This document shows positions 29,728-39,991 of a stretch of 63,356 nt of DNA, one piece after another. The notes under the pieces were generated by a model that saw nothing but the letters and a program-made list of their open reading frames with translations, had not been told where the DNA came from and made no database searches. The first letter of the stretch is position 1. Each line of letters opens with the position of its first letter. The position numbers and the translations under genes were made by a program. Source of the stretch: Candidatus Poribacteria bacterium (GTDB lineage Bacteria; Poribacteria; WGA-4E; WGA-3G); contig VYCT01000090.1 in assembly GCA_009843785.1 (NCBI GenBank), positions 1-63,356 on the forward strand, in the 5' to 3' direction.

Positions 29728-30531
29728 TTAATATCCGAGACCCCGCAGATATTCTCGGTTTACGACAGCGGCTTCGGCTGCGGGACGCGGCGGATACGGA
29801 CGATCAAGTTCGACAGAAACCCATCCGTCATAACCGACCGCTTCAAGTTCTTCAAGTGCGGCTTTGACATCAAGCCCTAAGTTTCCGGCACCCAGTTCCG
29901 CGAAACGTGCCTTCTCACCGAAACGTTGCGTTCTGTAATCCCAAGTTTCAGGATCATCGGCGTGGCAGTCCTTAAGATGGACATGTCCAATCCGATTCCG
30001 TAAATTTTCGCTTTCAAAAACCTGCATCGGATCGCTCCCTGCAGCAAGCATGTGACCTGTATCAAATAGCAGCCAGAGGCTCGGTGCTGCTGCCAAGAGA
30101 CGTTCCGCGTCATCAACCGTTTCAAGCATCGTGCCGAGATGGGCATGGTGGAAACCTTTGATATTGTGCGCGTCACAATACGCGAGGATGTCGTCTAATG
30201 TTCGGGCGGCGTTCTCAAAATCTTCATCGCTTGGGTTGGGTCCTCCCCATTCTGAACGCCTCAATGAGGGCACTTCGGCAGCATTATTGCCGAGGGTGAT
30301 GTTGAATCTAACCCTGTCAAGCCCTGGACCACCGGCATTGACGATATGGAGTCCGAGGCTCCGTGCAAGCGTCGCCATCTCAACCAGTCCGTCTGCTCCT
30401 TCAAAAGGAACACTTTCAACGCCTTCCCAACCGGCATCGGCGACTTCTCGTAACACTTTCTCTGGATTTTCTTGCTGTTCGCCACCAAATTGGATCAGGT
30501 GGCAAGCGAATTTCAATTTGCTCATCAACAT
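29728..30531 (-). CDS. Sugar phosphate isomerase/epimerase (xylose-isomerase-like TIM barrel, IolE-like)
   Basis: HHAHLGT, LFDTGH, HVHLKD, FAELG.G, GYDGWVSVELD. Confidence 0.9.
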   Translation of the reverse strand: MLMSKLKFACHLIQFGGEQQENPEKVLREVADAGWEGVESVPFEGADGLVEMATLARSLGLHIVNAGGPGLDRVRFNITLGNNAAEVPSLRRSEWGGPNPSDEDFENAARTLDDILAYCDAHNIKGFHHAHLGTMLETVDDAERLLAAAPSLWLLFDTGHMLAAGSDPMQVFESENLRNRIGHVHLKDCHADDPETWDYRTQRFGEKARFAELGAGNLGLDVKAALEELEAVGYDGWVSVELDRPYPPRPAAEAAVVNREYLRGLGY

Positions 30532-30541
30532 ATCTCCTTAC

Positions 30542-30817
30542 TTATCCAACCGACAAATATAATGTCTTGCCAAGCACTTTTGCGTACTTTCCTAAAGTTG
30601 ACAATCTCACATCTTCCGCATGGTTTTCCATTCTTGAGATAGCAGACTTCTTGGTATTCAATTTTTGTGCGACCTCTTCCTGCGTTAAACCCACCTCCTC
30701 TCTGGTTTGCCAAAGTAGAACTCCGATCTCGAATTCCAAATAACCAGTTTCGTCATTCTCGGCAAATTTAGAGTCTCTGACTTTACGCTTCTCGACGTAT
30801 TGTTTTAAGTCACTCAT
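30542..30817 (-). CDS. XRE-family HTH protein (HigA-like antitoxin)
   Basis: MSDLKQYVEKRK...GLTQEEVAQKLNTKKSAISRMEN...VRLSTL. Confidence 0.88.
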   Translation of the reverse strand: MSDLKQYVEKRKVRDSKFAENDETGYLEFEIGVLLWQTREEVGLTQEEVAQKLNTKKSAISRMENHAEDVRLSTLGKYAKVLGKTLYLSVG

Positions 30818-30822
30818 TTTCA

Positions 30823-31287
30823 CTATGCCGACCTGCGTGGTAGAGGAAGCGAACCGTGATGGCGTGTTGACCATTCCTGGGCAACGATCCGGAAAATGTC
30901 GGACTCTGTAATGATACCCAAAAGATTACCCGCTTTGGGCGCGACAACGGGTAGACCGCTAATCTTGTGTTCAAGCATCGTTTGTGCCGCCTTGCCAATC
31001 GTCGCATCCTCAGTAATTGTTATCGGGTCAGGTGACATCACTTCCTCTACCTTCATCTGTTCCAACGTTTGGCAGAGCGTCTGTTCTTCTTCACTCACTA
31101 TATCAAAGGGTTTTACTTGATATAGATCGCTTAAGGTTACGATTCCAACGGGGAGATTACGAACTATGATTGGCAGGCGTCGAATCCGAGTGGTGACCAT
31201 CAATTGGTATGCTTCAATAATCTTCGTTTCCGGTCGAACTGTGATTGGATCTTGCGTCATCCAATCTCGAACCAATGTATGAATCAT
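30823..31287 (-). CDS. CBS domain pair protein
   Basis: VRDWMTQDPITV, VEEVMSPDPITI, ISGLPVV, GIITESDIF. Confidence 0.92.
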   Translation of the reverse strand: MIHTLVRDWMTQDPITVRPETKIIEAYQLMVTTRIRRLPIIVRNLPVGIVTLSDLYQVKPFDIVSEEEQTLCQTLEQMKVEEVMSPDPITITEDATIGKAAQTMLEHKISGLPVVAPKAGNLLGIITESDIFRIVAQEWSTRHHGSLPLPRRSA

Positions 31288-31322
31288 CTTAGCCTTCCTT
31301 TCTCAATTAACTTAAAATTAAC

Positions 31323-32015
31323 TTAAAATTTTTCGTTGTTGAGTGCTGTTAAAGACAACTTCCGGTCGGGGTTTTGATACAACCATGTCTCCATGTGCTT
31401 CTTAACAGCAGCCCATTCGCTGTCTAACATTGAATACCAAGCAGTGTTTCTGTTCCGACCTTTTATAATCATGTGCTGTCTGAAGATACCTTCAAATTTA
31501 AAGCCGAGTCGCAGTGCCGCTGCTCGAGACTTTTCATTCAGAGCATCGCATTTCCATTCGACACGACGGCATTTCAGTCTATCAAAAGCCTCACAGAGCA
31601 TTAAATATATGGCTTCGGTGTTCACGTTCGATCGCTGAGAATCCGGTGAATACCAAATATGTCCGAGCTCCAGTCGTCGCATATCTGAGACGATGTTCAG
31701 AAAACTCACCATCCCGACACGCTGCCTCGACTCAAGGTGGTGGACGGTAAAGAAGAGTGGATCTTGAGACGCAGCACCTTCTTCAAGCCAATTTTGCATA
31801 CTGTGTGTGTTATCAAAGGGACCGTAACTCATGTAGGTCCAGATTTGCTCCTTTATATCCGATCCGTGAGAACATTCATAGAGCACTTCAATATCGGTTT
31901 GTGGGTTGACAGGTGATAGCCTAATGAATTTACCTTCGTAATCTGTCCTTTGAGGTAAACCGACAGGAGCAGTAGATTGAACGATATTTCCAACTGGAAG
32001 AGGTGATTGTGGCAT
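31323..32015 (-). CDS. RimJ/RimL-type GNAT N-acetyltransferase
   Basis: LELGHIWYS, RRVEWKCDALNEKSRAAALRLGFKFEGIFRQH. Confidence 0.92.
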   Translation of the reverse strand: MPQSPLPVGNIVQSTAPVGLPQRTDYEGKFIRLSPVNPQTDIEVLYECSHGSDIKEQIWTYMSYGPFDNTHSMQNWLEEGAASQDPLFFTVHHLESRQRVGMVSFLNIVSDMRRLELGHIWYSPDSQRSNVNTEAIYLMLCEAFDRLKCRRVEWKCDALNEKSRAAALRLGFKFEGIFRQHMIIKGRNRNTAWYSMLDSEWAAVKKHMETWLYQNPDRKLSLTALNNEKF

Positions 32016-32074
32016 AGTAATTTTTTTCGCGTTAATTATTTTACGATGGGTGTATTCATATTTTCTATTGACAC

Positions 32075-32908
32075 TCAGGGCGCAGGTCGTCTCACTGTCT
32101 CATCAAAGTAAGCTGCGTTCGGATCGTCAATCCAATCGCAACTCCAACCGAGCTCCTTTAGTCCACTTTGAACAATCGGTAGGGTCCCCCGCAATTCTTT
32201 CACCGGTACCCAGTCGCGCCAATTCCGGTCGGTTGGTAGGTTGAGAAAATCTCCAATGCCGCCTATTGCCCGTTGAATTGAAGGGTACACCATTGCACCC
32301 AATCGTGTCCGTTTCGCCGCTTCAACCAGCCATTTCTCATAAGGAAACGGTTTCATGTCAGCAACGCAGCATATTTTACAAAGGTACTCAATGACGTTCC
32401 CCACAGCGATGAACGCCGTTTCCACCTTATTCCGCGCTGCCATCGCCAAGGGACCGCGTTGTGAGAAATAATACTTGCCGAACATCCACTTCAACTTGTT
32501 CTCGGCGACCACTGGCGGATACACGCAATGGTGTTGCTTAAGTTCTTCAGCCGCCGTTGAACAACCGTAGAGTGTGCGCGAATTGGCAACAACCCACATC
32601 ATCTCATCCGGGTACCTCTCCAACCACGCTCGTAGGTCGTCTTCATCATAAAACGTCCAGTGTGCCTCATAATCGCCTCGATCAACGAACAGTTGCCGAT
32701 CTCGTTCATAAGATTTCCGATCTTCATCGGAAAGGTGACACTTATCGCCAATGACACATAGGTCAAGATCCGACCAACTATCAGTAAAATTAGCGGCACG
32801 ACTTCCAACCAACATTAGTACAGCACGTTCACCCATTCGTTGACAAAAATCCACGGCTCGATCAACGAACTGTTGATCTTCTGGACTGAAACAGATGTCT
32901 TCACTCAT
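32075..32908 (-). CDS. Nucleotidyltransferase-domain protein (Pol beta fold, DUF4037-like tail)
   Basis: LVGSRA.....SWSDLDLCVIG; PFPYEKWL. Confidence 0.75.
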   Translation of the reverse strand: MSEDICFSPEDQQFVDRAVDFCQRMGERAVLMLVGSRAANFTDSWSDLDLCVIGDKCHLSDEDRKSYERDRQLFVDRGDYEAHWTFYDEDDLRAWLERYPDEMMWVVANSRTLYGCSTAAEELKQHHCVYPPVVAENKLKWMFGKYYFSQRGPLAMAARNKVETAFIAVGNVIEYLCKICCVADMKPFPYEKWLVEAAKRTRLGAMVYPSIQRAIGGIGDFLNLPTDRNWRDWVPVKELRGTLPIVQSGLKELGWSCDWIDDPNAAYFDETVRRPAP

Positions 32909-33051
32909 TCACACACCTCCCAAAACAGCTTTCATTTGGTTGATTGTCAGGTTGAATTCTTACTTGAACGCATACTGCCACCGATGGTACTGACCGTGAT
33001 TAGTGGCGTTTGCTTAAGGTTCCCTCGTTAGAATTAAACAGTATCCGTTTG

Positions 33052-33765
33052 TCAGGTGCGGTGCAGCTTTCTAAGTTCAGGATTTAAACGAAATTCTTCT
33101 TCGCGCCTTTGAGCCAAGTCTTCCCAGGTAGCAGCGTATTCAATAAAGTGTCTCAAAACTTCCTTAGCACCGCGAACAACTGGAGATCCGTGCCCGAAAC
33201 ACATAAGATCAAATTCAAAATGTAGCAGCATTCTGAGGGATAAGCGTGCTGTGTCAAGATCCACCAGATATTCAGGCGCGTTAAATCCCACTTTTCCATC
33301 CGGTATGCCACTGTCTCTTCTGCCACCACTGAGAAGATCGCCGATGATCAGTGCACCTTTGTGATTTTTTAAGTAGAAACAGACTTCCTCACGATGGCGG
33401 ACATTCCGGACACGCACGACTTCAAGGAAATCCCAAAGCATATCTCTGTCCGCGAACGTGGCATCAAAAGTAAATTCGACCTCATCTACCTGATTTTCAT
33501 GGACTAAAACCCGGCAGTCCCATCTTCGTTTGAATTCCGTCAAACTTCTCTCGTGATAGGCGCAGGTTAGCATTAGATGCGTTGGACCGCCAAGTTCGTC
33601 AATCTGCTGAACCTGACTTGCTGTAAGTGAAAGCGGATCTATCAATGCTCGGATGCTGTTGCTTTCGTCCTGCACTAAAAAACTATTCCAGTTGTATGCT
33701 TGATTCCGCGACGCACCGTGAACTTCCACCCAAGTAAACAGCTGCGGGGTCAGTTTAGTCAACAT
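33052..33765 (-). CDS. MBL-fold metallo-hydrolase
   Basis: Start moved to MLTKLTP; LIDP, LTCAYHER, IGDLL, CFGHG. Confidence 0.75.
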   Translation of the reverse strand: MLTKLTPQLFTWVEVHGASRNQAYNWNSFLVQDESNSIRALIDPLSLTASQVQQIDELGGPTHLMLTCAYHERSLTEFKRRWDCRVLVHENQVDEVEFTFDATFADRDMLWDFLEVVRVRNVRHREEVCFYLKNHKGALIIGDLLSGGRRDSGIPDGKVGFNAPEYLVDLDTARLSLRMLLHFEFDLMCFGHGSPVVRGAKEVLRHFIEYAATWEDLAQRREEEFRLNPELRKLHRT

Positions 33766-34525
33766 CTCTATCTCTTTTAAGTAGACCCCAAGTCGTCGCA
33801 GCCTTATCCAACGGCGATACACTCAAAACCTGCTCCATATCTTGCTGAATCTCATCTTCAGTCAGGACACGGTTATAAATGACAAATTCATCAAGTTTCC
33901 CGCCATAGGGCCACGCACCATCAAGACGATTGCCGAACCAGTGATCCGATTGAGAAACCGGAATTTCGCCTTTCAGTATATAGGTGTTATCGAGCTTACC
34001 GTTGATATAAAGCCGAAGTTCCTTATCAAACTCGTAAACAGCGGCGACGTGCGACCATTTATCGGTCGGAATATCGCTTTTCGCGCTGTTCCATGTACGT
34101 CCGCCCGCGCCGGGACATCCCATCCACACGGACGGCTTGCCTTGATGGATACTCAGATAATACGTGTGGGGTCCTGCCTGCCCACGGACATTGCGATAAT
34201 CACCGACACTTTCTGGATATACCCATACCTCCATCGTCAAACTCTTGGTAATTGCCAGACTATCAGACGCTGGGGCGGCGACGACCCCTTTCTGAATCTG
34301 TTCATCAAAAAACACACCTGAATTAATCTTCCCGTCTTTCTCCCATTTCGCATTGGCTTCGAGCGTGCCATGATTCCCCTTGCCGCTCAGGTCTTCGACC
34401 TCTTTTCCCTTACCCTCATCGAACGAGTAGTAAAGGACCATTGCGTCGTCCTCAATTGCTTTGCTGACAAAGGGAACTATCAAAATGAATGCCGCGCTCA
34501 GAAAATAAATAACTGTTCGTCTCAT
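33755..34525 (-). CDS. Secreted LamG (concanavalin A-like) domain protein
   Basis: Signal peptide; LYYSFDEGKG...DLSGKGNHG, KWSHVAAVY, LYING, GKLDEFVIYNRVL; tail VSPLDKAATTWGLLK. Confidence 0.9.
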   Translation of the reverse strand: MRRTVIYFLSAAFILIVPFVSKAIEDDAMVLYYSFDEGKGKEVEDLSGKGNHGTLEANAKWEKDGKINSGVFFDEQIQKGVVAAPASDSLAITKSLTMEVWVYPESVGDYRNVRGQAGPHTYYLSIHQGKPSVWMGCPGAGGRTWNSAKSDIPTDKWSHVAAVYEFDKELRLYINGKLDNTYILKGEIPVSQSDHWFGNRLDGAWPYGGKLDEFVIYNRVLTEDEIQQDMEQVLSVSPLDKAATTWGLLKRDRDVD

Positions 34526-35142
34526 TTTGAACCTCCATGTTTACGGAGAATAAAAGAATTGAATATCCAGCCTTCACGAGGCTCTAATCGCCGGTAATAC
34601 TCCAATTTAAATGATCGCTGGAGGACTTCAAGAAGTGCCTCTGTCTTCCAGAAGGAGAAAAACCGTTTCGGCTCATATCTATCGTGTTCCCAGATACCCT
34701 CAAAGTCTTGGTCTCCCCAAATACCGAGATATATTAATCCGTTTTCATTGAGCCGTCCTGAGATTAAACGCAAAACCTGATCAATATCCCGCTTCGGTAT
34801 ATGCAGGAGACAATTCATGGTATAGACTGCATCGAAACATTCGTTAATTTCACCGAGATCATAGCAATCCAAGACTTGCGCAGGGACTCCCTTTTCAGCA
34901 GTGAGTTTCACCATCGCTGGTGTATTATCCACCGCCAAAACTCGGAATCCTTGAGATTGAAAAAACTGAGCATCCTGGCCGTGACCACACCCAATTTCAA
35001 GGAGTGTCTCCCGTCCTTCAGCCTTTAAAAGTTTTAGAAACTCGGATCGCTCTTGTACCTTGAATTCGTCAGGCGAGTGCGATGCTCTTTCATGGGCGTA
35101 CTTTTCGTACGTCTTAACGAGTGTGTCAGTGAACCGCATCAT
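34522..35142 (-). CDS. Class I SAM-dependent methyltransferase
   Basis: LLEIGCGHG, AVDNT, FDAVYTMNCLLH. Confidence 0.9.
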   Translation of the reverse strand: MMRFTDTLVKTYEKYAHERASHSPDEFKVQERSEFLKLLKAEGRETLLEIGCGHGQDAQFFQSQGFRVLAVDNTPAMVKLTAEKGVPAQVLDCYDLGEINECFDAVYTMNCLLHIPKRDIDQVLRLISGRLNENGLIYLGIWGDQDFEGIWEHDRYEPKRFFSFWKTEALLEVLQRSFKLEYYRRLEPREGWIFNSFILRKHGGSK

Positions 35143-35196
35143 GTTGGTAAACTCCGCTGTCGTATTTCAACTGACACTTTGACTGTCCCGCCGATG

Positions 35197-35571
35197 TCAA
35201 CAACCACCAATAGGTAGCGGCGCATCAATGTCAATTTTATAGATTTTCCGTCGTGCGACACACGGGATAGGCGGTGCTATGTGCCGTACATTTGACAGTT
35301 CCCAACAGACATAGTCAGGGATCCAATCTATCCCTTGCGATTCCGCTTCTTCGCAAGTCCATTCGTGAACGCCCATAATGTCAACGATCGCGCGTGCCAG
35401 TCCATTGGGATCCTCCTGCCCGTCTTCGGTCAGGTAATTCTCATTCTCGACAAGCACGAGATTGAGAAAAGGTATCTCTGGTGGTAGCCAACGTCGGATT
35501 TCAACGACCTTCTTCCCCGCAAGAATGTTCCGGACAGAAGGTGAAACTATGGACAGTGCGTCAACTATCAA
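35197..35571 (-). CDS. ASCH/PUA-like domain protein
   Basis: ALSIVSP...ILAGKKVVEIRRW...WELSNVR. Confidence 0.8.
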   Translation of the reverse strand: MIVDALSIVSPSVRNILAGKKVVEIRRWLPPEIPFLNLVLVENENYLTEDGQEDPNGLARAIVDIMGVHEWTCEEAESQGIDWIPDYVCWELSNVRHIAPPIPCVARRKIYKIDIDAPLPIGGC

Positions 35572-35577
35572 AATCGG

Positions 35578-35898
35578 CTACTCCCAAGCGTCGTCTGGGG
35601 GATAAATGTTGGAACTTCCGCCGCCTGCGCCTTTAAAATCGCTCTCAGCGAACCAGTCTTTGACGGTATCCCGCCACTTGATGAAGTGTGGTGCTTTCAG
35701 ATGCTCTTGGAACGCTGCCTCGTCTGTATAGACTTCATAAAGCCAGATCCGATTCGGATCGGCACCGTCTTGAATTATATCAAATCTCAGACAACCGGGT
35801 TCATCCGCGACAGAGCCTTTTGCGTCGTCTATCATGGCTTCGATGAAGGCATCCCTATGACCTTCCTTAATCTGAATCGGTGCAATAATAACAAACAT
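35578..35898 (-). CDS. Putative quinol monooxygenase (ABM, LsrG-like)
   Basis: EPGCLRFDI, LYEVYTDEAAFQEHLKAPHF. Confidence 0.9.
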   Translation of the reverse strand: MFVIIAPIQIKEGHRDAFIEAMIDDAKGSVADEPGCLRFDIIQDGADPNRIWLYEVYTDEAAFQEHLKAPHFIKWRDTVKDWFAESDFKGAGGGSSNIYPPDDAWE

Positions 35899-36008
35899 AC
35901 TTTTTCCTCCTATAAGTGATTTTTTCTGGTTTTCGGTGTGTTGACACCGAATTCACATTAGCCTATCACAATTGGGGAGAGATGTCAATCAAGTTCAAAG
36001 TTGAAATC

Positions 36009-37085
36009 TCATGCCGATGCAACTGTCAACGCTTTCAATTTATCCGAATCTAACTCGACACCCAATCCCGGTCCTTCGGGTGGATAGAGGTGGCTGGCTT
36101 CTGCTCGGATGCGCTCCTTCGCTGGGGATGCTGTATAAAGCACGGGTCCCATTGGATCGCAGGGTAGGGAGAGGTTCGGCATTGAAACACCAACATGGAT
36201 TTGCGCGGCTGTCCCAAGCGTCGATTCCTGATCCGTGCCGATCAGACATTCGATGCCAGCCGCTTCCGCCAGCGCAAACAGACGACGGATATGGGTCGGA
36301 CCTCCGGCTACACACGCTACGTTGAAGACAGTGCAAGCACCGCGTTCGGCTGCTTCATACCCATATTTTAAATTACCGACGTGCAGACTCACAGGCAAAT
36401 CCATACGTTTGGTAAACTCCGCACATACTTGCAGGTCTCGTGAGGGTTGTTCAAAATGGTAGGGCGCGTGATGCCGAAGGACATCGGCGTAACGCAGCGC
36501 GGTCTCCCAGTCGTTGAAGCGACCAGAACAGTCGAGTTGTTTAAGTTTAATCTGCTCGCCAAATCTCGACTTCATTTCAGTCAGGAACCTGTTGTCCAAT
36601 GCACTGTCACCGGATATATAATAACGGAAGAGATGGTGTCCGAGATCTATCAGCCGTTGCAGATAACCCGCGGTCTTCTCAAAATCCTCTTTTACCTGCC
36701 ATCCGAAGATTGGATAGCAGCAATAGACGCTGTCTCGCATCTTGCCGCCGAGCATTTGGTAAGCGGGTACGCCCTGGACCTTGCCGTTCAGATCATAAAG
36801 TGCAAGGTCAATGGCGGAAGCGAGATGTAGATTGCTAACTGTGCTACCGAAACTCTGTGACCGTAAGAACTCGTTGATCTCTGTGATACGGGTCGCATCA
36901 CGGCCGACGAGTAAATCGTTATAGCGTTTGGTTACTGCGCCTAAATCGTCAGCCTTGCTATCCGAGGCTTCGCCTAACCCGACGGGACCATCGTCTACAT
37001 GGACTTTGATGATAACATGCCCTGATATGTGCCCGTAATAACGCGGGGTCTCAATCTGGAAAGTTTCAATCTTTGTGATTTTCAT
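36009..37085 (-). CDS. Mandelate racemase/muconate lactonizing enzyme family
   Basis: GLGEA, SAIDLALYDL.GK..GVP.YQMLGG, FEQP, P.GPGLGVEL. Confidence 0.9.
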   Translation of the reverse strand: MKITKIETFQIETPRYYGHISGHVIIKVHVDDGPVGLGEASDSKADDLGAVTKRYNDLLVGRDATRITEINEFLRSQSFGSTVSNLHLASAIDLALYDLNGKVQGVPAYQMLGGKMRDSVYCCYPIFGWQVKEDFEKTAGYLQRLIDLGHHLFRYYISGDSALDNRFLTEMKSRFGEQIKLKQLDCSGRFNDWETALRYADVLRHHAPYHFEQPSRDLQVCAEFTKRMDLPVSLHVGNLKYGYEAAERGACTVFNVACVAGGPTHIRRLFALAEAAGIECLIGTDQESTLGTAAQIHVGVSMPNLSLPCDPMGPVLYTASPAKERIRAEASHLYPPEGPGLGVELDSDKLKALTVASA

Positions 37086-37837
37086 TTTCCCTCCCGAAAG
37101 TCAAGAACGGCTTCGTAGTGTTTGGTTACACGACCGTCATACTTCGTCTCAATGAGATTAACAATCCCATCAAACAAACAATGCCTATTCTCGTCCGGTA
37201 ACGCGATATGCCCCGAGTAGGTACTGAGAAGTTTGATGTACTGCTCAGATGAATACGTTTGCGTCCATGGATAGACGCCTCGAATCGGAGAGTGAAATGC
37301 CTCCACACCGGGAAATTTCGTAGCGTGTGTAGGGCGATTCGTGGTCATCGGAGAGTAGTATTTATCGTAGAGGCTTTGGCTTTCCGCAAAGAATCCTTCG
37401 TCCTTTCTGACATGTTGGTTGGAGAAAACAGCAAGGCAACCCTTTGTATCGAGAACCTCGGACGCTCTTAGGTATCTCACTTTCGGGTCTACCCAATGGA
37501 AGGCGGTGGCAGAAATAATGAGATTGAATTTGTTTTCCGGTTTCCACGCCTCAAATGCTTGTTCCACAAACGAAACATTTGGAAATCCACTTAACTTTTC
37601 CCTCGCAACGGCAATCAGGTCGGCGCCGATGTCCAAACAGACCATTTCGTATCCGCGTTCTGCAAAAGATTGAGTCGCTTTTCCAGTTCCACAGCCGACT
37701 TCAAGGATTCTGCTGTGATCGTTAATCCCAGAGAGTTCCACGATATCTTGTATCAACTCTTCAGGGTAACCGGGTCGTATATCCTCATAAAGTACTGCAG
37801 CGGTATTGAACGTAGTTTTGAGCTCGGTACTTGACAT
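37082..37837 (-). CDS. Class I SAM-dependent methyltransferase
   Basis: RPGYP, ILEVGCGTG, SATAFHWVDP. Confidence 0.92.
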   Translation of the reverse strand: MSSTELKTTFNTAAVLYEDIRPGYPEELIQDIVELSGINDHSRILEVGCGTGKATQSFAERGYEMVCLDIGADLIAVAREKLSGFPNVSFVEQAFEAWKPENKFNLIISATAFHWVDPKVRYLRASEVLDTKGCLAVFSNQHVRKDEGFFAESQSLYDKYYSPMTTNRPTHATKFPGVEAFHSPIRGVYPWTQTYSSEQYIKLLSTYSGHIALPDENRHCLFDGIVNLIETKYDGRVTKHYEAVLDFREGK

Positions 37838-37883
37838 AATAGATTTTAGAATTACTTGGACACTCTCAATGTACAGTATCCAA

Positions 37884-37954
37884 CCCCCTAAATCCCCTTA
37901 TCAGGGGGACTTTAAGAAGTAAGCCCGCAATCGGGGTTGAAAACCCCTCCTACA
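37884..37954. repeat. Cluster of REP-like palindromes
   Basis: CCCCCTAAATCCCCTTATCAGGGGGACT plus a GTAG-type copy at 37929..37954 matching 96..121. Confidence 0.6.
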
Positions 37955-37995
37955 TTGGAGGACGGAACCCACACATATCAGTTGTAAGACCTCGT

Positions 37996-38763
37996 CTACG
38001 CCAATTTACCGCGTAACAGCGGATTGTCTTTCATCACTTCACCATCTCGATTTCGCGTACCGGATGGCATGTAATGGATAGCCAATGCCCGACGGTCTCG
38101 GGGTGAGCGGTTCGGATTCGTTTGGTGGAGTGTCATGCAGTGATGGACCATCACGCATCCGGCTTTAACGGGCACTGGCACAGCACGATCCACATCAGCA
38201 TTCACCTGCAACAACGCTGGTAATTTACCTTTCTCTGACTCAGCACGTCCGTGGGCTGCCAATCCTTCCAGATAACTGCCGGGGATAACGTTCATACACC
38301 CGTTCTCCTCGTCGGCATCATCAAGTGCTAACCAGATGCTCACAAGATCCGACGGGACACACTGCCAATATGCATTGTCCTGATGCCAATACACCTCACT
38401 GCCGTGATAGGCGGGTTTGTAGAGTGCCTGATCGTGAAATAACTGGATATCGGAGCCGATTAAACTCTCGACGATATCTAACAGCGGTTCGTGGTAGAGC
38501 AACTTCCGATATTCTTCATCCAAACGCCACATTTCCATGATCTGCAACATCTCTTCTTCACGATCAGCATCTTCATCGCTTTCCGAATCGCCGACGACTG
38601 CGAGGTTCCGCAACCCTTCGCCGATTGTGCCGCGTCTCTGTGAAAATTGGGCATCGTAATGTTCGCGTAGCACGGTAAGATGTTCGTCATCAATGACGCG
38701 TCCGTCTATTTTGAGATAGCCTACCTGTCTGAATTGTTCGATCTCTTGGGGTGTAAGTTTCAT
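37996..38763 (-). CDS. Phytanoyl-CoA dioxygenase (PhyH) family Fe(II)/2OG oxygenase
   Basis: WHQD, SIWLALDDA.EENGC, HHCMTLH, NRS...RR. Confidence 0.92.
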   Translation of the reverse strand: MKLTPQEIEQFRQVGYLKIDGRVIDDEHLTVLREHYDAQFSQRRGTIGEGLRNLAVVGDSESDEDADREEEMLQIMEMWRLDEEYRKLLYHEPLLDIVESLIGSDIQLFHDQALYKPAYHGSEVYWHQDNAYWQCVPSDLVSIWLALDDADEENGCMNVIPGSYLEGLAAHGRAESEKGKLPALLQVNADVDRAVPVPVKAGCVMVHHCMTLHQTNPNRSPRDRRALAIHYMPSGTRNRDGEVMKDNPLLRGKLA

Positions 38764-38846
38764 ATCATTGCTCCTCATTGTGGATTATAAAATACATAGA
38801 CATTCAGCAATTTGATTGTAGACCTTGATGGTTTCTTGAGTCAGAT

Positions 38847-39763
38847 TCAGGTCTTTCTGCCCTCCAGTAGATTCGCCAAATTCGCCACAACATACACGAA
38901 ACAGCCCCATACAAAGCCTAATAACAAACAAACTGGCAACATATCAAACATCATCCGTAAACCCCATTCTCTTCCGTTCCAAACGTTCCACACCCCGAAA
39001 ACCACCCACATGCCTCCACCGAAGTAGAAGGTGCCTCTTAAAAACCACCTTATGGACTTTATGGTGGACTTTATGGTGGACTTTGCTCGAATTGCTCGAA
39101 TCAAGGGGCGTTCACGAACATTTGCCAATCTTTCTTTTTCAATTTCTTCTTTATCTTTTTCCACCCATCTCATGAAACAGCCTATCCCAAAGCCTACTAT
39201 CAACGAAATTGGCAAACTTTCGAGCATCGTTTTCAAATCCCATTCCCTTCCGTTCCACACAACCTCGAGAATCACCCACATCACCCACATAAATATACCG
39301 GAAACGACACCTATCGAAATCGAATCTATTATGGACGTTGCTTGGAGCAGGGGACGTTCAAGGGCCTTCGCCAATCTTTCTTTTTCTTTCTCTATCCATT
39401 TATGGCGAAAAAACCGAACAGGAAAATACCATAGCGGGAAAGTAATCGCCAATATGGCGAGACTAAAAATGTTCCATAAGCAAGGAATTATTTGATGACA
39501 GCTTGGACAAACCAATGTCCATGCCCAAAGGCACTTCCTTTTGTTGCCCACAAACGGCGGTCATTCAGCGTCTCACAGTGCGGGCAGGGAATGTAACAAC
39601 GTTCCTCCGGCGGTTTATCACTCTCTTTGTCAATCAATGCGACTTTGGGGAGTCGTTGTCCGAAAATCAACTCGTTGAACATAAATGCTGGGAACAATAC
39701 CCAGAGTAAACTAAAGGGGTGAGGCAGTGCCTGTATTTTGAATCTGTTTTTGTCGTATCGCAT
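38847..39763 (-). pseudogene. Zn-ribbon plus repeated membrane-module protein, copy 1, frameshifted near 39520
   Basis: Two ORFs (39488..39799, 38847..39551) together match the intact copy at 39992..40858. Confidence 0.8.
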
Positions 39764-39991
39764 CGGTTCATCTCCATGTGAAACGGTTGCTCTTCTCAAG
39801 GGATTTCATATATTCAGTTTGATTTTCCTATTGTTTTTCAGGGTTTTGGCGGCATCCGTTCAACCCAACCTACTGAATTGTTCGATCTCTTGGGGTATAA
39901 GTTTCATAACACAGCCCCTTATAGTGGATTATAAAAATACATAGACATTCAGCAATTTGATTGTAGACCTTGATGGTTTCTTGAGTCAGAT

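Noticed and set aside
31305-31326. 11-bp direct repeat AATTAACTTAA x2
   Set aside because: Trivial AT-rich duplication at a gene end
39919-39950. Correia-like MITE end (TATAGTGGATTATAAAA)
   Set aside because: No partner IR found; fully explained as part of the tandem duplication
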